Program-made: the position numbers and the translations under genes
In this document: positions 27,454-37,454 of the stretch, piece by piece
Position numbering within the stretch: position 1 is the stretch's first letter
Layout: each line of letters begins with the position of its first letter
Source of the DNA: Cycloclasticus sp. symbiont of Poecilosclerida sp. M
GTDB taxonomy: Bacteria; Pseudomonadota; Gammaproteobacteria; Methylococcales; Cycloclasticaceae
Reading direction: 5' to 3'
Assembly: GCA_002101225.1 (NCBI GenBank)
Contig: LWTN01000244.1
Coordinates: forward strand, 22,584-86,583
DNA length: 64,000 bases
The notes under the pieces: generated by a model
What the model saw: the letters and a program-made list of their open reading frames with translations, nothing else
Databases searched by the model: none
What the model was told of the DNA's origin: nothing

Positions 27454-28608
27454 ATGGATTCCTGGGATTTTGCTGGGCGCTTAGCGCAGTTAAAACAACA
27501 AGACTTATATCGTTCGAGACAGATTATTAATGGGCCGCAAGGGGTTGAGGTTCACCTCGACGGTGTTTGTTATAACAACTTTTCAAGCAATGATTACCTA
27601 GGGCTTGCCAATCACCCCCTGGCAATTAAAGCGTTTAAAGCGGCTAGCGAAAAATACGGTGTCGGTAGTGGTTCGGCGCACTTAATCTGTGGACATAGTG
27701 CAGAGCACCACGCCTTGGAAGAAGAGCTGGCGAGCTTTACTGGGCGCGATCGAGCACTGGTTTTTTCCACGGGTTATATGGCAAACATAGGGGCTATCTC
27801 GGCGCTAGTGGGTCAACAGGACGCGGTGTTTGAAGATAAGCTCAATCATGCCTCTTTGATTGATGGCGGGCTGATATCAGGTGCGCGGTTTAGGCGTTAT
27901 CCCCACGCAAACGTCAATCGCTTAGCGGAGTTATTGCAGCAGTCGGCAGCTGATAAAAAATTAATTGTAACGGACGGTGTGTTTAGCATGGATGGGGATG
28001 AAGCGCCATTGCGGGGCTTGATAGAGCAAGCTAAGAAAACACAGTCTATGTTGATGGTAGATGATGCGCACGGCATTGGCGTATTGGGGCATACGGGTGG
28101 CGGTTTGTTACAGCAACAAGGCGTTAGTCAGGAGCAAGTGCCGGTGTTAATGGGCACGTTCGGTAAAGCACTCGGTTCGTTTGGGGCGTTTATCGCGGGT
28201 AGTGAGGAATTAATTGAGACGCTCATCCAACTTGCTAGGCCCTATATTTACACCACGGCTCCGCCAGCCGCTGTTATGGCAGCAACACGGGCGAACTTAA
28301 AACTATGTATCGAAGACGGTTGGCGGCGTGAAAAGCTAGTCGCCTTAGTCGAGCAATTTCGTACGGGGGCGAAACAAATTAGTTTGCAGCTGCTTGAGTC
28401 GTCCACACCGATTCAAGCGGTGGTATTGGGCGATAATGAGTTGACCATGGCCGCTAGTGGCGCGTTAAAGAAAAAAGGTTTTTTAGTTGGGGCTATTAGA
28501 AGCCCGACCGTACCGCAAGGCAGTGAGCGCCTGCGCATCACATTTTCAGCAAGTCATTCCAGCACCCAAGTGGATGAATTGCTGTCCGCCTTGAGCGAGG
28601 TTGTTTGA
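27454..28608 (+). CDS. bioF: 8-amino-7-oxononanoate synthase
   Basis: SNDYLGLA, VDDAHG, GTFGKALG (PLP lysine). Confidence 0.96.
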   Translation: MDSWDFAGRLAQLKQQDLYRSRQIINGPQGVEVHLDGVCYNNFSSNDYLGLANHPLAIKAFKAASEKYGVGSGSAHLICGHSAEHHALEEELASFTGRDRALVFSTGYMANIGAISALVGQQDAVFEDKLNHASLIDGGLISGARFRRYPHANVNRLAELLQQSAADKKLIVTDGVFSMDGDEAPLRGLIEQAKKTQSMLMVDDAHGIGVLGHTGGGLLQQQGVSQEQVPVLMGTFGKALGSFGAFIAGSEELIETLIQLARPYIYTTAPPAAVMAATRANLKLCIEDGWRREKLVALVEQFRTGAKQISLQLLESSTPIQAVVLGDNELTMAASGALKKKGFLVGAIRSPTVPQGSERLRITFSASHSSTQVDELLSALSEVV

Positions 28609-29383
28609 GGTGAAGCTACACCAAACAACGAGTGGGGAAGGCTCAGACCTTGTTTTACTACACGGCTGGGGGATGAGTTCACTCGTGTGGCAAGAATTAG
28701 TCGAATCGTTGCAAGACTCTTTTAGAGTGACGTGTGTGGACCTGCCCGGGCACGGGCTTAGCCCTTGTGTAGGAGTTTGGTCGATTGAGGACGTGGTTCA
28801 TCAGCTAGTAGAGCAGTTGCCGCAACGATTTTGTCTATTGGGTTGGTCGCTCGGTGGAATGCTCGCGCTAAAGTTAGCGGCGCAGCACCCCGAACGGGTA
28901 GAGAAGCTAATGATGCTGGCGAGTTCTGCAAAATTTGTACGAGCAGAGTCTTGGGCTGCGGCACAAACAAAGGAGGTATTGCAGCAGTTCGCCGAACAGT
29001 TAAGGAAAGACTCAAAGGCAACGATAAAAAGATTTATGTTATTGCAAACGCAAGGCGTGAATCAGCCAGAAAAAATCACCAAGCAGTTAAACGCGTTGTT
29101 AACTGCACAACAGCTGCCTTCACATGATGGCTTGCAAAGTGGACTTAGCGTGCTGCAAGAAGTAGACCTTCGACCTGAACTGGCCGAATTAAAAGTGCCT
29201 GTGGCGATGTTGTTGGGAGAAAAGGATAAACTAATCCCGCAGGCGGCAGGTGAATTATCCCAAAGCATTAATGAGGCGTTGGCGTTGTACGTGATTAAAG
29301 GCGCATCTCACGTACCTTTTTTGTCACATAAAAAAGAAACAAAAGCGCAAATTAACCGTTTCTTTTTGCGCAATGAACCTTAA
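28601..29383 (+). CDS. bioH: Pimeloyl-ACP methyl ester carboxylesterase
   Basis: LHGWG, GWSLGG nucleophile elbow, HVPF; position in the bio operon. Confidence 0.92.
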   Translation: MFEVKLHQTTSGEGSDLVLLHGWGMSSLVWQELVESLQDSFRVTCVDLPGHGLSPCVGVWSIEDVVHQLVEQLPQRFCLLGWSLGGMLALKLAAQHPERVEKLMMLASSAKFVRAESWAAAQTKEVLQQFAEQLRKDSKATIKRFMLLQTQGVNQPEKITKQLNALLTAQQLPSHDGLQSGLSVLQEVDLRPELAELKVPVAMLLGEKDKLIPQAAGELSQSINEALALYVIKGASHVPFLSHKKETKAQINRFFLRNEP

Positions 29384-30191
29384 TCAACCGATGTTAGCCT
29401 GTTTTGATAAGTCGCAGGTGCGGCGTTCTTTTGATCTTGCATCGGGTAAATATAATCATTTCGCATCACTACAAAGAGGTATCGGAGAAAAGCTGTTAGC
29501 CCGATACCAAGACGTGAAAAGCCTGCCTGAAAGAGTGTTGGATATTGGTTCGGGCACTGGCTTTTTAACCATGAAATTGCAAGAAGCCTATCCCAGCAGC
29601 ACGGTTTCAGCCTTGGATTTATCGCTCGGTATGTTGCAACAAAGCCGATCGCTTTCTGCAGATAGTGCTGCTAACTATGTTTGTAGTGATGCGGAGGGAT
29701 TGCCTATTCGCAGTATAGTATTGGATTATGTGTTTTCAAACTTAGCCTATCAGTGGTGCCCCAATTTGCAAGACGCGTTTAGTGAAAGTTATCGAGTATT
29801 GAAGAACAAAGGAGCTTTTGTTTTTAGTACGTTCGGGCCCAACACCTTAAATGAACTGAGAGACGCGTGGGGCGAAGTGGACGATGGTGTTCACGTTAAC
29901 TCTTTCGTTTCGCTTAAAGACATTAGGCGTCAACTTAAAGCTGTGGGTTTTGTAGATATATCGTTACACGCAGAAAATATTGTGTTGCATTACGACAGTG
30001 CCAAGGCGGTGATGAAAGATATAAAAGGTATGGGTGCACACAATATTAATCATACGAGACGTAAGGGCTTGACCGGTGTCGGTCGCTTTAAAAAGTTGCA
30101 GCTCGCTTATGAATGCAAGCGCTGTGAGCAAGGGCTACCGGCCACCTATCAAGCGATTTATGCTGTTTGCCATAAGCCATTCAAGAAATAA
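29373..30191 (+). CDS. bioC: Malonyl-ACP O-methyltransferase
   Basis: VLDIGSGTG SAM motif, FSTFGP.TL.EL, HVNSF. Confidence 0.93.
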   Translation: MNLNQPMLACFDKSQVRRSFDLASGKYNHFASLQRGIGEKLLARYQDVKSLPERVLDIGSGTGFLTMKLQEAYPSSTVSALDLSLGMLQQSRSLSADSAANYVCSDAEGLPIRSIVLDYVFSNLAYQWCPNLQDAFSESYRVLKNKGAFVFSTFGPNTLNELRDAWGEVDDGVHVNSFVSLKDIRRQLKAVGFVDISLHAENIVLHYDSAKAVMKDIKGMGAHNINHTRRKGLTGVGRFKKLQLAYECKRCEQGLPATYQAIYAVCHKPFKK

Positions 30192-30201
30192 GCGGGGGTT
30201 T

Positions 30202-30900
30202 ATGAAAAAAGGCTTTTTTATTACAGGAACAGACACAGAGGTTGGAAAGACCTATGTAGCCGTTGAGTTAATGCGCTTACTTAGTCAACGCAATAAGAGA
30301 GTAATCGGCTTTAAACCAGTGGCCGCAGGTGCAGCAGAAATTGATGGTGTTCTGATGAACAGCGACGCGTGCCAACTATTAGCGCATTCTACGCCCAAGC
30401 CTCCTTACGCATTGCTCAATCCGTATTGTTTTAAACCCGCTATAGCGCCGCATATAGCAGCTGATGCGACGGGTGAGACGATTGAGATTGAAAAAATTCA
30501 ATCGAATTATGAGCAACTGGAAGCGATGGCAGATGTAATGGTTGTTGAGGGTGCAGGCGGTTGGGCAACGCCTATCAACAATAAAGCGGGGCTCGACGAC
30601 GTAGCAAAACAATTGAATTTACCCATTATTCTTGTGGTTGGGCTTAAGTTAGGCTGCATTAACCACGCGCTTTTGACAGAAGCGGCAATCATTCAAAAAG
30701 GTTGTACGGTGATAGCTTGGATTGGTAATGAGGTGTTGCCTGCATTTAAGGAAAAAGAAGCGAATGTGTTAGCCCTCAAAAGCCGTTTGCAAAGCCCGTG
30801 TTTAGGCGTGGTCAGTTTTCAACCAGGCAAGCAAAAAAGCGAGCCATCTGAGCAAATAAACACACAACTTTTACTTGATTATTTAGTCGATTTTAGCTAA
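30202..30900 (+). CDS. bioD: Dethiobiotin synthase
   Basis: FITGTDTEVGKT, VEGAGG, GCINHALLT. Likely start is the ATG at 30202 (ORF track 30076). Confidence 0.96.
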   Translation: MKKGFFITGTDTEVGKTYVAVELMRLLSQRNKRVIGFKPVAAGAAEIDGVLMNSDACQLLAHSTPKPPYALLNPYCFKPAIAPHIAADATGETIEIEKIQSNYEQLEAMADVMVVEGAGGWATPINNKAGLDDVAKQLNLPIILVVGLKLGCINHALLTEAAIIQKGCTVIAWIGNEVLPAFKEKEANVLALKSRLQSPCLGVVSFQPGKQKSEPSEQINTQLLLDYLVDFS

Positions 30901-30980
30901 ATTGCGCTCGGATAAATCGCCTCAAATTTTATGAGGCCGATGGAATTAAGTAGTCGTAAAAAATAAGGGAGATTGTTTCT

Positions 30981-32111
30981 GTGAAAAAACTAAAGCAACT
31001 ATTAGCGAGTGGTGCTTTGTTGACATTTGTCTCGGGCCTTACGCATGCAGACTATGGGCTTAACATGCCTGTGGGTGTAACCGAAACCAGTCGACAAGTC
31101 TACGATTTGCACATGCTAATCTTATGGGTTTGTGTGGCTATTGGCGTTGTCGTGTTTGGTGCGATGGTTTATTCAATGATTTACCACCGTAAATCTCAAG
31201 GCGCAGTAGCTTCTCAGTTTCACGAAAGCATGACGGCTGAATTAGTTTGGACCGTTATTCCTTTTATCATTTTGATTGTAATGGCAATTCCAGCCACCAA
31301 AGTATTAATCGATATGCATGATTCGTCAGAAGCGGATATGACCGTTAAGGTTACGGGCTATCAGTGGAAGTGGCGTTATGAATACATCGACGAGGGCGTG
31401 GACTTTTTCAGTTCATTAGACGCTGCGAGTAACGAAGCGCGCCAACTCGGTTCTGACATTGACCCAGCAACAGTAGAAAATTATTTGTTAGACGTGGATC
31501 ACCCTCTAGTTATTCCAGTGGGTAAGAAAGTCAGAATATTATTGACAGCAGCCGACGTGATTCACGCGTGGTGGGTGCCTGATTTTGGCTGGAAAAAAGA
31601 CGCTGTTCCAGGTTTTATTAATGAAGCTTGGGTTATCGTTGACGAGCCAGGTATATATCGTGGCCAGTGTGCAGAGTTATGTGGGCGTGACCATGGGTTT
31701 ATGCCGATTGTTGTTGAAGTTAAATCTGAAGAAGATTACGCAGTTTGGTTGACGGCACAGAAAGATACGGCGGCAGCGGCAAAATTAGCGGCAATAGAGG
31801 ATCTTGACCCTAGAGAATTAAAAATGAAGGGTAAAAAGGTTTATCGCTCAACCTGTGTGGCGTGTCATCAGAAAAAAGGTGAAGGCGTTCCAGGTGTGTT
31901 CCCAGCCATTAAAGGTAGTGTTGTAGCTACGGGTAATATTGATAAACATATTAATCTTGTTATGAACGGTAAAGCAGGTACAACGATGGCGGCTTATAAA
32001 GATCAGCTCAGTGATGTTGAGCTAGCAGCCGTTATTACCTATCAACGAAACTCATTGGGCAACAAAGTAGGCGACGTGGTTCAGCCTAAAGAAATTGCTG
32101 CATTAAGATAA
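30981..32111 (+). CDS. coxB: Cytochrome c oxidase subunit II with a fused C-terminal cytochrome c domain
   Basis: CuA motif DVIHAW...CAELCGRDHGFM; heme c motif CVACH. Confidence 0.96.
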   Translation: MKKLKQLLASGALLTFVSGLTHADYGLNMPVGVTETSRQVYDLHMLILWVCVAIGVVVFGAMVYSMIYHRKSQGAVASQFHESMTAELVWTVIPFIILIVMAIPATKVLIDMHDSSEADMTVKVTGYQWKWRYEYIDEGVDFFSSLDAASNEARQLGSDIDPATVENYLLDVDHPLVIPVGKKVRILLTAADVIHAWWVPDFGWKKDAVPGFINEAWVIVDEPGIYRGQCAELCGRDHGFMPIVVEVKSEEDYAVWLTAQKDTAAAAKLAAIEDLDPRELKMKGKKVYRSTCVACHQKKGEGVPGVFPAIKGSVVATGNIDKHINLVMNGKAGTTMAAYKDQLSDVELAAVITYQRNSLGNKVGDVVQPKEIAALR

Positions 32112-32127
32112 TCAGGAGATTTATAAA

Positions 32128-33708
32128 ATGGCGACTGTTATAGATACACACGACGATCATCACGATCACGGTCCAGCATCTGGCTTAATGCGTTGGGTTA
32201 CGACGACTAACCACAAAGATATTGGTACTTTATATTTACTCTTCTCACTCATCATGTTTATGGTGGGTGGCGCAATGGCGATGGTTATCCGTCTTGAATT
32301 GTTTCAACCAGGCTTGCAGTTTGTAGATCCTAGTTTCTTTAATCAGATGACCACGGTCCACGCGTTGGTGATGATTTTCGGCGCAGTTATGCCAGCCTTT
32401 GTTGGTTTAGCAAACTGGATGCTTCCTATTATGGTAGGCGGTCCTGATATGGCGCTGCCGAGGATGAACAACTGGAGCTTCTGGATTCTTCCTTTCGCAT
32501 TTGCTATGTTACTCGGTACCTTCTTTATGGATGGTGGTGCACCCGCAGGTGGTTGGACAATTTATCCTCCACTGGTACTGCAAGGCGGTGATGGCTTTCC
32601 CTTCATGATTTTCGCAATCCATATGATGGGTATTTCATCTGTGATGGGTGCGATTAACGTGATTGTGACCATTCTTAATATGCGCGCTCCCGGTATGACG
32701 TTGATGAAAATGCCTTTGTTTGTATGGACGTGGTTTATTACAGCTTACCTATTGATTGCCGTTATGCCTGTGTTAGCCGGCGCGGTCACCATGTTGTTAA
32801 CAGATAAGTTCTTTGCGACAACATTTTTTAATGCTGCCGGTGGTGGTGACCCTGTGCTGTTCCAGCATATCTTCTGGTTCTTTGGACACCCTGAAGTGTA
32901 TATTTTGATTCTGCCAGCCTTTGGTATTGTGTCTCAAATCATTCCGACTTTTGCACGTAAGCCGTTATTTGGCTATAGCTCAATGGTGTATGCAACATCT
33001 TCAATTGCCTTCCTATCATTTATTGTTTGGGCTCACCATATGTTTACCGTGGGTATGCCGCTGCAAGGTGAATTATTCTTTATGTACGCCACCATGTTGA
33101 TCGCGGTACCAACGGGTGTGAAAGTGTTTAACTGGATTTCCACAATGTGGAAAGGCTCAATGACCTTTGAAACACCGATGTTGTTCGCGATCGGTTTTGT
33201 CATCATGTTTACCATTGGTGGTTTTTCAGGTTTGATGTTGGCAATCGCTCCAGCTGATTTTCAATACCACGATACTTACTTTGTTGTTGCGCATTTCCAT
33301 TACGTGTTGGTAACGGGTGCAATTTACGCGATTATGGCGTCAGTTTATTATTGGATTCCAAAATGGACGGGCCACATGTATAGCGAGAAAATGGGGCAAT
33401 GGCACTTTTGGATATCTACCGTATCTGTAAACGTATTGTTCTTCCCTCAGCACTTCTTGGGTCTTGCGGGTATGCCACGTCGTATCCCTGATTACTCTGT
33501 GCAGTTTGCAGAATTCAACATGTGGTCGAGTATTGGTGGTTTTGTGTTTGGCTTGTCGCAAGTGTTCTTCTGCTACATTGTTTACAAAACAATTAAAGGC
33601 GGTGAGAAAGCGACGGATCAAGTATGGGAAGGCGCAGAAGGTTTGGAGTGGACATTGTCTTCACCTCCGCCGTACCATAGTTTTACAGAAGCGCCAGAAG
33701 TTAAATAA
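32128..33708 (+). CDS. coxA: Cytochrome c oxidase subunit I (A1 type)
   Basis: GHPEVY, WAHHM, VVAHFHY. Confidence 0.98.
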   Translation: MATVIDTHDDHHDHGPASGLMRWVTTTNHKDIGTLYLLFSLIMFMVGGAMAMVIRLELFQPGLQFVDPSFFNQMTTVHALVMIFGAVMPAFVGLANWMLPIMVGGPDMALPRMNNWSFWILPFAFAMLLGTFFMDGGAPAGGWTIYPPLVLQGGDGFPFMIFAIHMMGISSVMGAINVIVTILNMRAPGMTLMKMPLFVWTWFITAYLLIAVMPVLAGAVTMLLTDKFFATTFFNAAGGGDPVLFQHIFWFFGHPEVYILILPAFGIVSQIIPTFARKPLFGYSSMVYATSSIAFLSFIVWAHHMFTVGMPLQGELFFMYATMLIAVPTGVKVFNWISTMWKGSMTFETPMLFAIGFVIMFTIGGFSGLMLAIAPADFQYHDTYFVVAHFHYVLVTGAIYAIMASVYYWIPKWTGHMYSEKMGQWHFWISTVSVNVLFFPQHFLGLAGMPRRIPDYSVQFAEFNMWSSIGGFVFGLSQVFFCYIVYKTIKGGEKATDQVWEGAEGLEWTLSSPPPYHSFTEAPEVK

Positions 33709-33750
33709 GTTAATAGCGCCTAGCTCAGGCTGGGCGCACGCTTAAATAAA

Positions 33751-33852
33751 ATGAGTGAGCAAAAAAGAAAAAATGTCATTGCGATGGTTATATTGGTTGT
33801 TATAGCGCTTTCATTTTATTTAGGATCTTTTGTGTTTTTAACCAATAATTAG
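33751..33852 (+). CDS. 33-aa single-TM microprotein (cytochrome oxidase small assembly protein-like)
   Basis: Below the ORF-track cutoff; hand translation MSEQKRKNVIAMVILVVIALSFYLGSFVFLTNN*. Basic N-terminus plus one hydrophobic helix, co-oriented between coxA and coxC. Confidence 0.6.
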   Translation: MSEQKRKNVIAMVILVVIALSFYLGSFVFLTNN

Positions 33853-33903
33853 TGTCTAAAATTAGAGCGCTAACTAAAAAGTAAATAAAAATAGGTAAAT
33901 TTT

Positions 33904-34767
33904 ATGTCTTTAGAACACGCGTATTACATTCCACATGATGCCAAATGGCCTATCGTCGGTTCGATTGGCTTAACCTTATTGCTGGGTGGTTTTGCTGCTC
34001 AGTTAAATGGCTCGTCTGCTGCTGGTATGGCGATGTTGGTCGGTTTCCTAGTTTTGGTTTATATGATGTTTGGCTGGTTCGGTGAAGTTATTGATGAAAG
34101 TGAAGCAGGCACCTATACAAAGCTTGAAGACGTATCTTTTCGTATGGGCATGGCGTGGTTTATATTTTCTGAAGTGATGTTCTTTGCGGTTTTCTTTGGC
34201 GCGCTTTACTACATACGCATCTTTTCTTTGCCTTGGCTTTCAGGGGAAGGTGCAGGCGTTGCCACTCAAGAATTTCTCTGGAAGGGCTTTGAGAATGTAT
34301 GGCCATCAAATGGCCCTGCGAGCGTAGGCGGTGAATATGAAAAAATGGGCCCATGGGGCTTACCCGCGATTAATACGCTTATTTTGTTAACAAGTGGCGT
34401 TACCGTTACTTGGGCGCACTGGGGTTTGGTCGCCAATAAACGTAAGCAACTGATTATGGGCTTAGCCGCTACCGTTTTATTAGGATTTATATTTGTAGGA
34501 TTGCAAGCGTTGGAATATAGCCACGGTTATAACGAGTTAAACCTAACGCTTGGTTCAGGCGTGTACGGCTCTACCTTTTATATGCTAACGGGTTTCCACG
34601 GTTTTCACGTAACGGTAGGTGCAATTATGCTAACGGTGATGTTATACCGTAGTATGAAAGGTCACTTTACGCCAGAGAATCATTTTGCTTTTGAAGCTGC
34701 CGCTTGGTACTGGCACTTTGTGGACGTTGTTTGGTTGGGCTTATTTATATTCGTCTACTGGTTGTAA
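33904..34767 (+). CDS. coxC: Cytochrome c oxidase subunit III
   Basis: FIFSEVMFF, TGFHGFHV, WYWHFVDVVW. Confidence 0.97.
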   Translation: MSLEHAYYIPHDAKWPIVGSIGLTLLLGGFAAQLNGSSAAGMAMLVGFLVLVYMMFGWFGEVIDESEAGTYTKLEDVSFRMGMAWFIFSEVMFFAVFFGALYYIRIFSLPWLSGEGAGVATQEFLWKGFENVWPSNGPASVGGEYEKMGPWGLPAINTLILLTSGVTVTWAHWGLVANKRKQLIMGLAATVLLGFIFVGLQALEYSHGYNELNLTLGSGVYGSTFYMLTGFHGFHVTVGAIMLTVMLYRSMKGHFTPENHFAFEAAAWYWHFVDVVWLGLFIFVYWL

Positions 34768-34782
34768 GAACAATAAAATATT

Positions 34783-34813
34783 AAAAAAGGCGCTACTGTG
34801 TAGCGCCTTTTTT
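34783..34813. terminator. Bidirectional intrinsic terminator after coxC
   Basis: Perfect 14-bp stem AAAAAAGGCGCTAC-TGT-GTAGCGCCTTTTTT. Confidence 0.9.
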
Positions 34814-34833
34814 ATACCTACGAGGCAGAAGTT

Positions 34834-35100
34834 TTATTCTGTTTTATCTAATTCTTGCGTTACAGCGGGTTGAGCCGTTGGTGCTATAGGTAATAAACCA
34901 TGTGGTTGGATATAACCGAGCAAAGACGCGAGAATGAGTGAAATAAACAAGAAAAGTGACAGGCCAATTCTAATAGCTAATGATTTAACAACGGCCTTAG
35001 GCTGCGATTTTTTACTAAACAAATGATAATAAGCCTTAAACAGATTATAGATAATTGCAATTAGGGCAAAAACAATAAGATACTTAAATAAAGGTGACAT
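34834..35100 (-). CDS. Twin-transmembrane-helix small protein (DUF2909-like)
   Basis: Two TM helices, SLAIRIGLS and GYIQPH motifs; antisense position typical of gammaproteobacterial cox clusters. Confidence 0.8.
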   Translation of the reverse strand: MSPLFKYLIVFALIAIIYNLFKAYYHLFSKKSQPKAVVKSLAIRIGLSLFLFISLILASLLGYIQPHGLLPIAPTAQPAVTQELDKTE

Positions 35101-35170
35101 GGTGTTGGTCTCAAATGATTTGGGGTATTGTCATTTAAATAGCAGGCAATAATCAAACTAATTTTAATAG

Positions 35171-35878
35171 ATGAAATTTAAAGCAAATTTATTACTCACG
35201 TTTCTTGCCATATTAGTACTTGGGTTGCTGCTCAGTTTAGGTGTTTGGCAATTAGATAGAGCAGATGAAAAACAAGCGCTGTTAGATATGCAGGCGGATA
35301 GGATAAACTTGCGCCCGGTCGATTTAAGTCAGGTTGACCTACAGGATAATGATTTACGTTATTTGTCTGTTAGGGCTTTAGGTGTGGCCGATACAGCACA
35401 TCAAATTTTGATTGATAATCAAGTGAAAGATGGAAGGGTGGGTTATTTTGTTATGACCCCTCTAAAACTAAAAAGCGGACGTGCAGTATTGTTAAATAGA
35501 GGCTGGGTTGCAGCAGGAAACGACCGACGGGTATTACCTAAGGTTGCATTAAGCATCGTTGAGATGTTGGCTGTTGGAAAATTAGATAAATTTCCCAGTG
35601 TCGGTATCAAGCTGAAAGGGGCGGATACGCTTAGTGAAGGTTGGCCAGCGGTGGTGCAGCTTATAGACGTGGGTAAGGTCTCTAAACGATTGGGTTATCG
35701 GGTGGAGAATTATCAAATGTTATTAGAGGGTACACAGCCCTATGGGTTTGATCGTGACTGGGTGCCACTAAAAATGGGGCCAGAAAAACACCACGGCTAC
35801 GCGTTTCAATGGTTTGCGCTGGCGTTAGCTTGGGTCACACTTTATTTTGTATTAACTTTAAAGAGGCGGCATGAATGA
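35171..35878 (+). CDS. SURF1 family cytochrome oxidase biogenesis protein
   Basis: LGVWQLDRA, LLNRGWV, HHGYAFQWF. Confidence 0.92.
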   Translation: MKFKANLLLTFLAILVLGLLLSLGVWQLDRADEKQALLDMQADRINLRPVDLSQVDLQDNDLRYLSVRALGVADTAHQILIDNQVKDGRVGYFVMTPLKLKSGRAVLLNRGWVAAGNDRRVLPKVALSIVEMLAVGKLDKFPSVGIKLKGADTLSEGWPAVVQLIDVGKVSKRLGYRVENYQMLLEGTQPYGFDRDWVPLKMGPEKHHGYAFQWFALALAWVTLYFVLTLKRRHE

Positions 35879-36462
35879 GCTCAATGATTAAAAACCGGCT
35901 GAAACTAATATTTATTACGGTGTTATTTGCTTTACCCGTTATGACGGCTTGGTACGTGTATAAAAACCCTGAGCTATTAGAAGGTGCGAAAACCAAAAAC
36001 TATGGGGAATTAATCTCTCCGGCAATTCCAACGACGCTCGGGGATTATTTTATTGCTGGAGACGCCGATGTTAGCCATCTAAAAGGTCGTTGGATGGCAT
36101 GGCATATTGATTTAGACGGGCGTTGTGATGAGGCATGTGGCCAATCTGTGCATATGATGCGTCAGTTGCACGTACTATTGAATAAGGATTCAGGCAGGTT
36201 ACATAGAATCTATCTAGATAAGGCAGACGCAGCACGCGGAACGACAAAGCCTGAGTTGGCAGAAGATAAAGAGCTAACTATTTTTGTGTGGCAACAAATG
36301 CATGCAGATACACTAAAAGGTTTAGTGCCTAACCTTTTAGATGGTGATATTTTATTGTTTGACCCGTTAGGGAATCTAATGATGAGGTATCAGCAAGGCG
36401 CGGACCCGTATGGGATTAAGAAAGACCTAAAGCTATTGTTTAAGGCGTCTCAAATAGGCTAG
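35875..36462 (+). CDS. Membrane-anchored thioredoxin/SCO-like protein of cox clusters
   Basis: N-terminal TM, NYGELI, CDEAC (CxxxC), DPLGNLMMRY, KDLKLL. Confidence 0.7.
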   Translation: MSSMIKNRLKLIFITVLFALPVMTAWYVYKNPELLEGAKTKNYGELISPAIPTTLGDYFIAGDADVSHLKGRWMAWHIDLDGRCDEACGQSVHMMRQLHVLLNKDSGRLHRIYLDKADAARGTTKPELAEDKELTIFVWQQMHADTLKGLVPNLLDGDILLFDPLGNLMMRYQQGADPYGIKKDLKLLFKASQIG

Positions 36463-36466
36463 CAGT

Positions 36467-37441
36467 ATGTTCAGGAATTTAACCATTTTCGCTATTCTCT
36501 TGGCATTGCTCGTTGTTGTATTGGGGGCGTACGTGCGCCTTTCAGACGCAGGCCTAGGCTGCCCAGATTGGCCAGGCTGCTATGGAAGTTTGATTGTGGA
36601 CGAGTCACAAGAAGGTATTGCAAATGCGGCTGAAAACTATCCTGAGCGCCCGCTAGAGGCATCAAAAGCATGGAAAGAGATGATTCATCGCTATTTCGCC
36701 AGCACATTGGGTCTGGTTATCTTAATTTTGACCTTTATGGCTTGGAAGAGGCCGCAGTTAGGACAACGTGGTTTGACGATAGGGCTATCCTTACTCGTTA
36801 TGTTTCAAGGTGCTTTAGGTATGTGGACGGTCACCTTGTTAGTTAAACCAGTCATTGTTATGAGTCACTTGTTAGGTGGCTTGGCGACACTTAGTTTATT
36901 GCTGTTACTCTTATTACGCGTTAGTAGCAGCCGGTTACAAAGTAGTCAGCAGACCCGTTCTATAAAAAAATTAGCGACAATTGGGCTTGTGGTGTTAGTT
37001 GCGCAAATCGCGTTGGGTGGATGGACGAGCACAAATTATGCAGCGTTGGCTTGCCCAGAATTCCCCACCTGTTTTGGGGAGTCTTGGAACCCTGACGTAG
37101 ATTACAAAGAAGGTTTTGTCTTGTGGCGTGGTTTGGGTGTTGATTATGAATTTGGCGTGTTAAATAATGAAGCGCGCGCGGCAATTCATTGGGTACATCG
37201 GATTGGAGCATTAATCACCGCGGCCGTGTTGGGTCTGTTGGCCTTTATGTTATTAAAGCGAGCGGCGATAAAAGAATCGCTTATTTTGCTCAGCGCCCTA
37301 TCAGCTCAAGTGTTATTAGGTATATTTAACGTCTTGTTAAATTTGCCTCTACACATTGCAGCCGCGCATAATGGTGTGGCCGCACTATTGTTATTGAGTT
37401 TGGTTTATATAAACTTCCGGCTCAATAAAGAAACACCATAA
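36467..37441 (+). CDS. ctaA: Heme A synthase (COX15/CtaA)
   Basis: GLGCPDWPGC, EMIHR, CPEFPTC, HWVHR, AHN. Confidence 0.93.
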   Translation: MFRNLTIFAILLALLVVVLGAYVRLSDAGLGCPDWPGCYGSLIVDESQEGIANAAENYPERPLEASKAWKEMIHRYFASTLGLVILILTFMAWKRPQLGQRGLTIGLSLLVMFQGALGMWTVTLLVKPVIVMSHLLGGLATLSLLLLLLLRVSSSRLQSSQQTRSIKKLATIGLVVLVAQIALGGWTSTNYAALACPEFPTCFGESWNPDVDYKEGFVLWRGLGVDYEFGVLNNEARAAIHWVHRIGALITAAVLGLLAFMLLKRAAIKESLILLSALSAQVLLGIFNVLLNLPLHIAAAHNGVAALLLLSLVYINFRLNKETP

Positions 37442-37454
37442 TTAAGGGTCCATT

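Noticed and set aside
30919-30937. GCCTCA-N7-TGAGGC dyad upstream of coxB as a terminator or operator
   Set aside because: Only 6 bp, with no T-tract and no match to a known site; compatible with chance.
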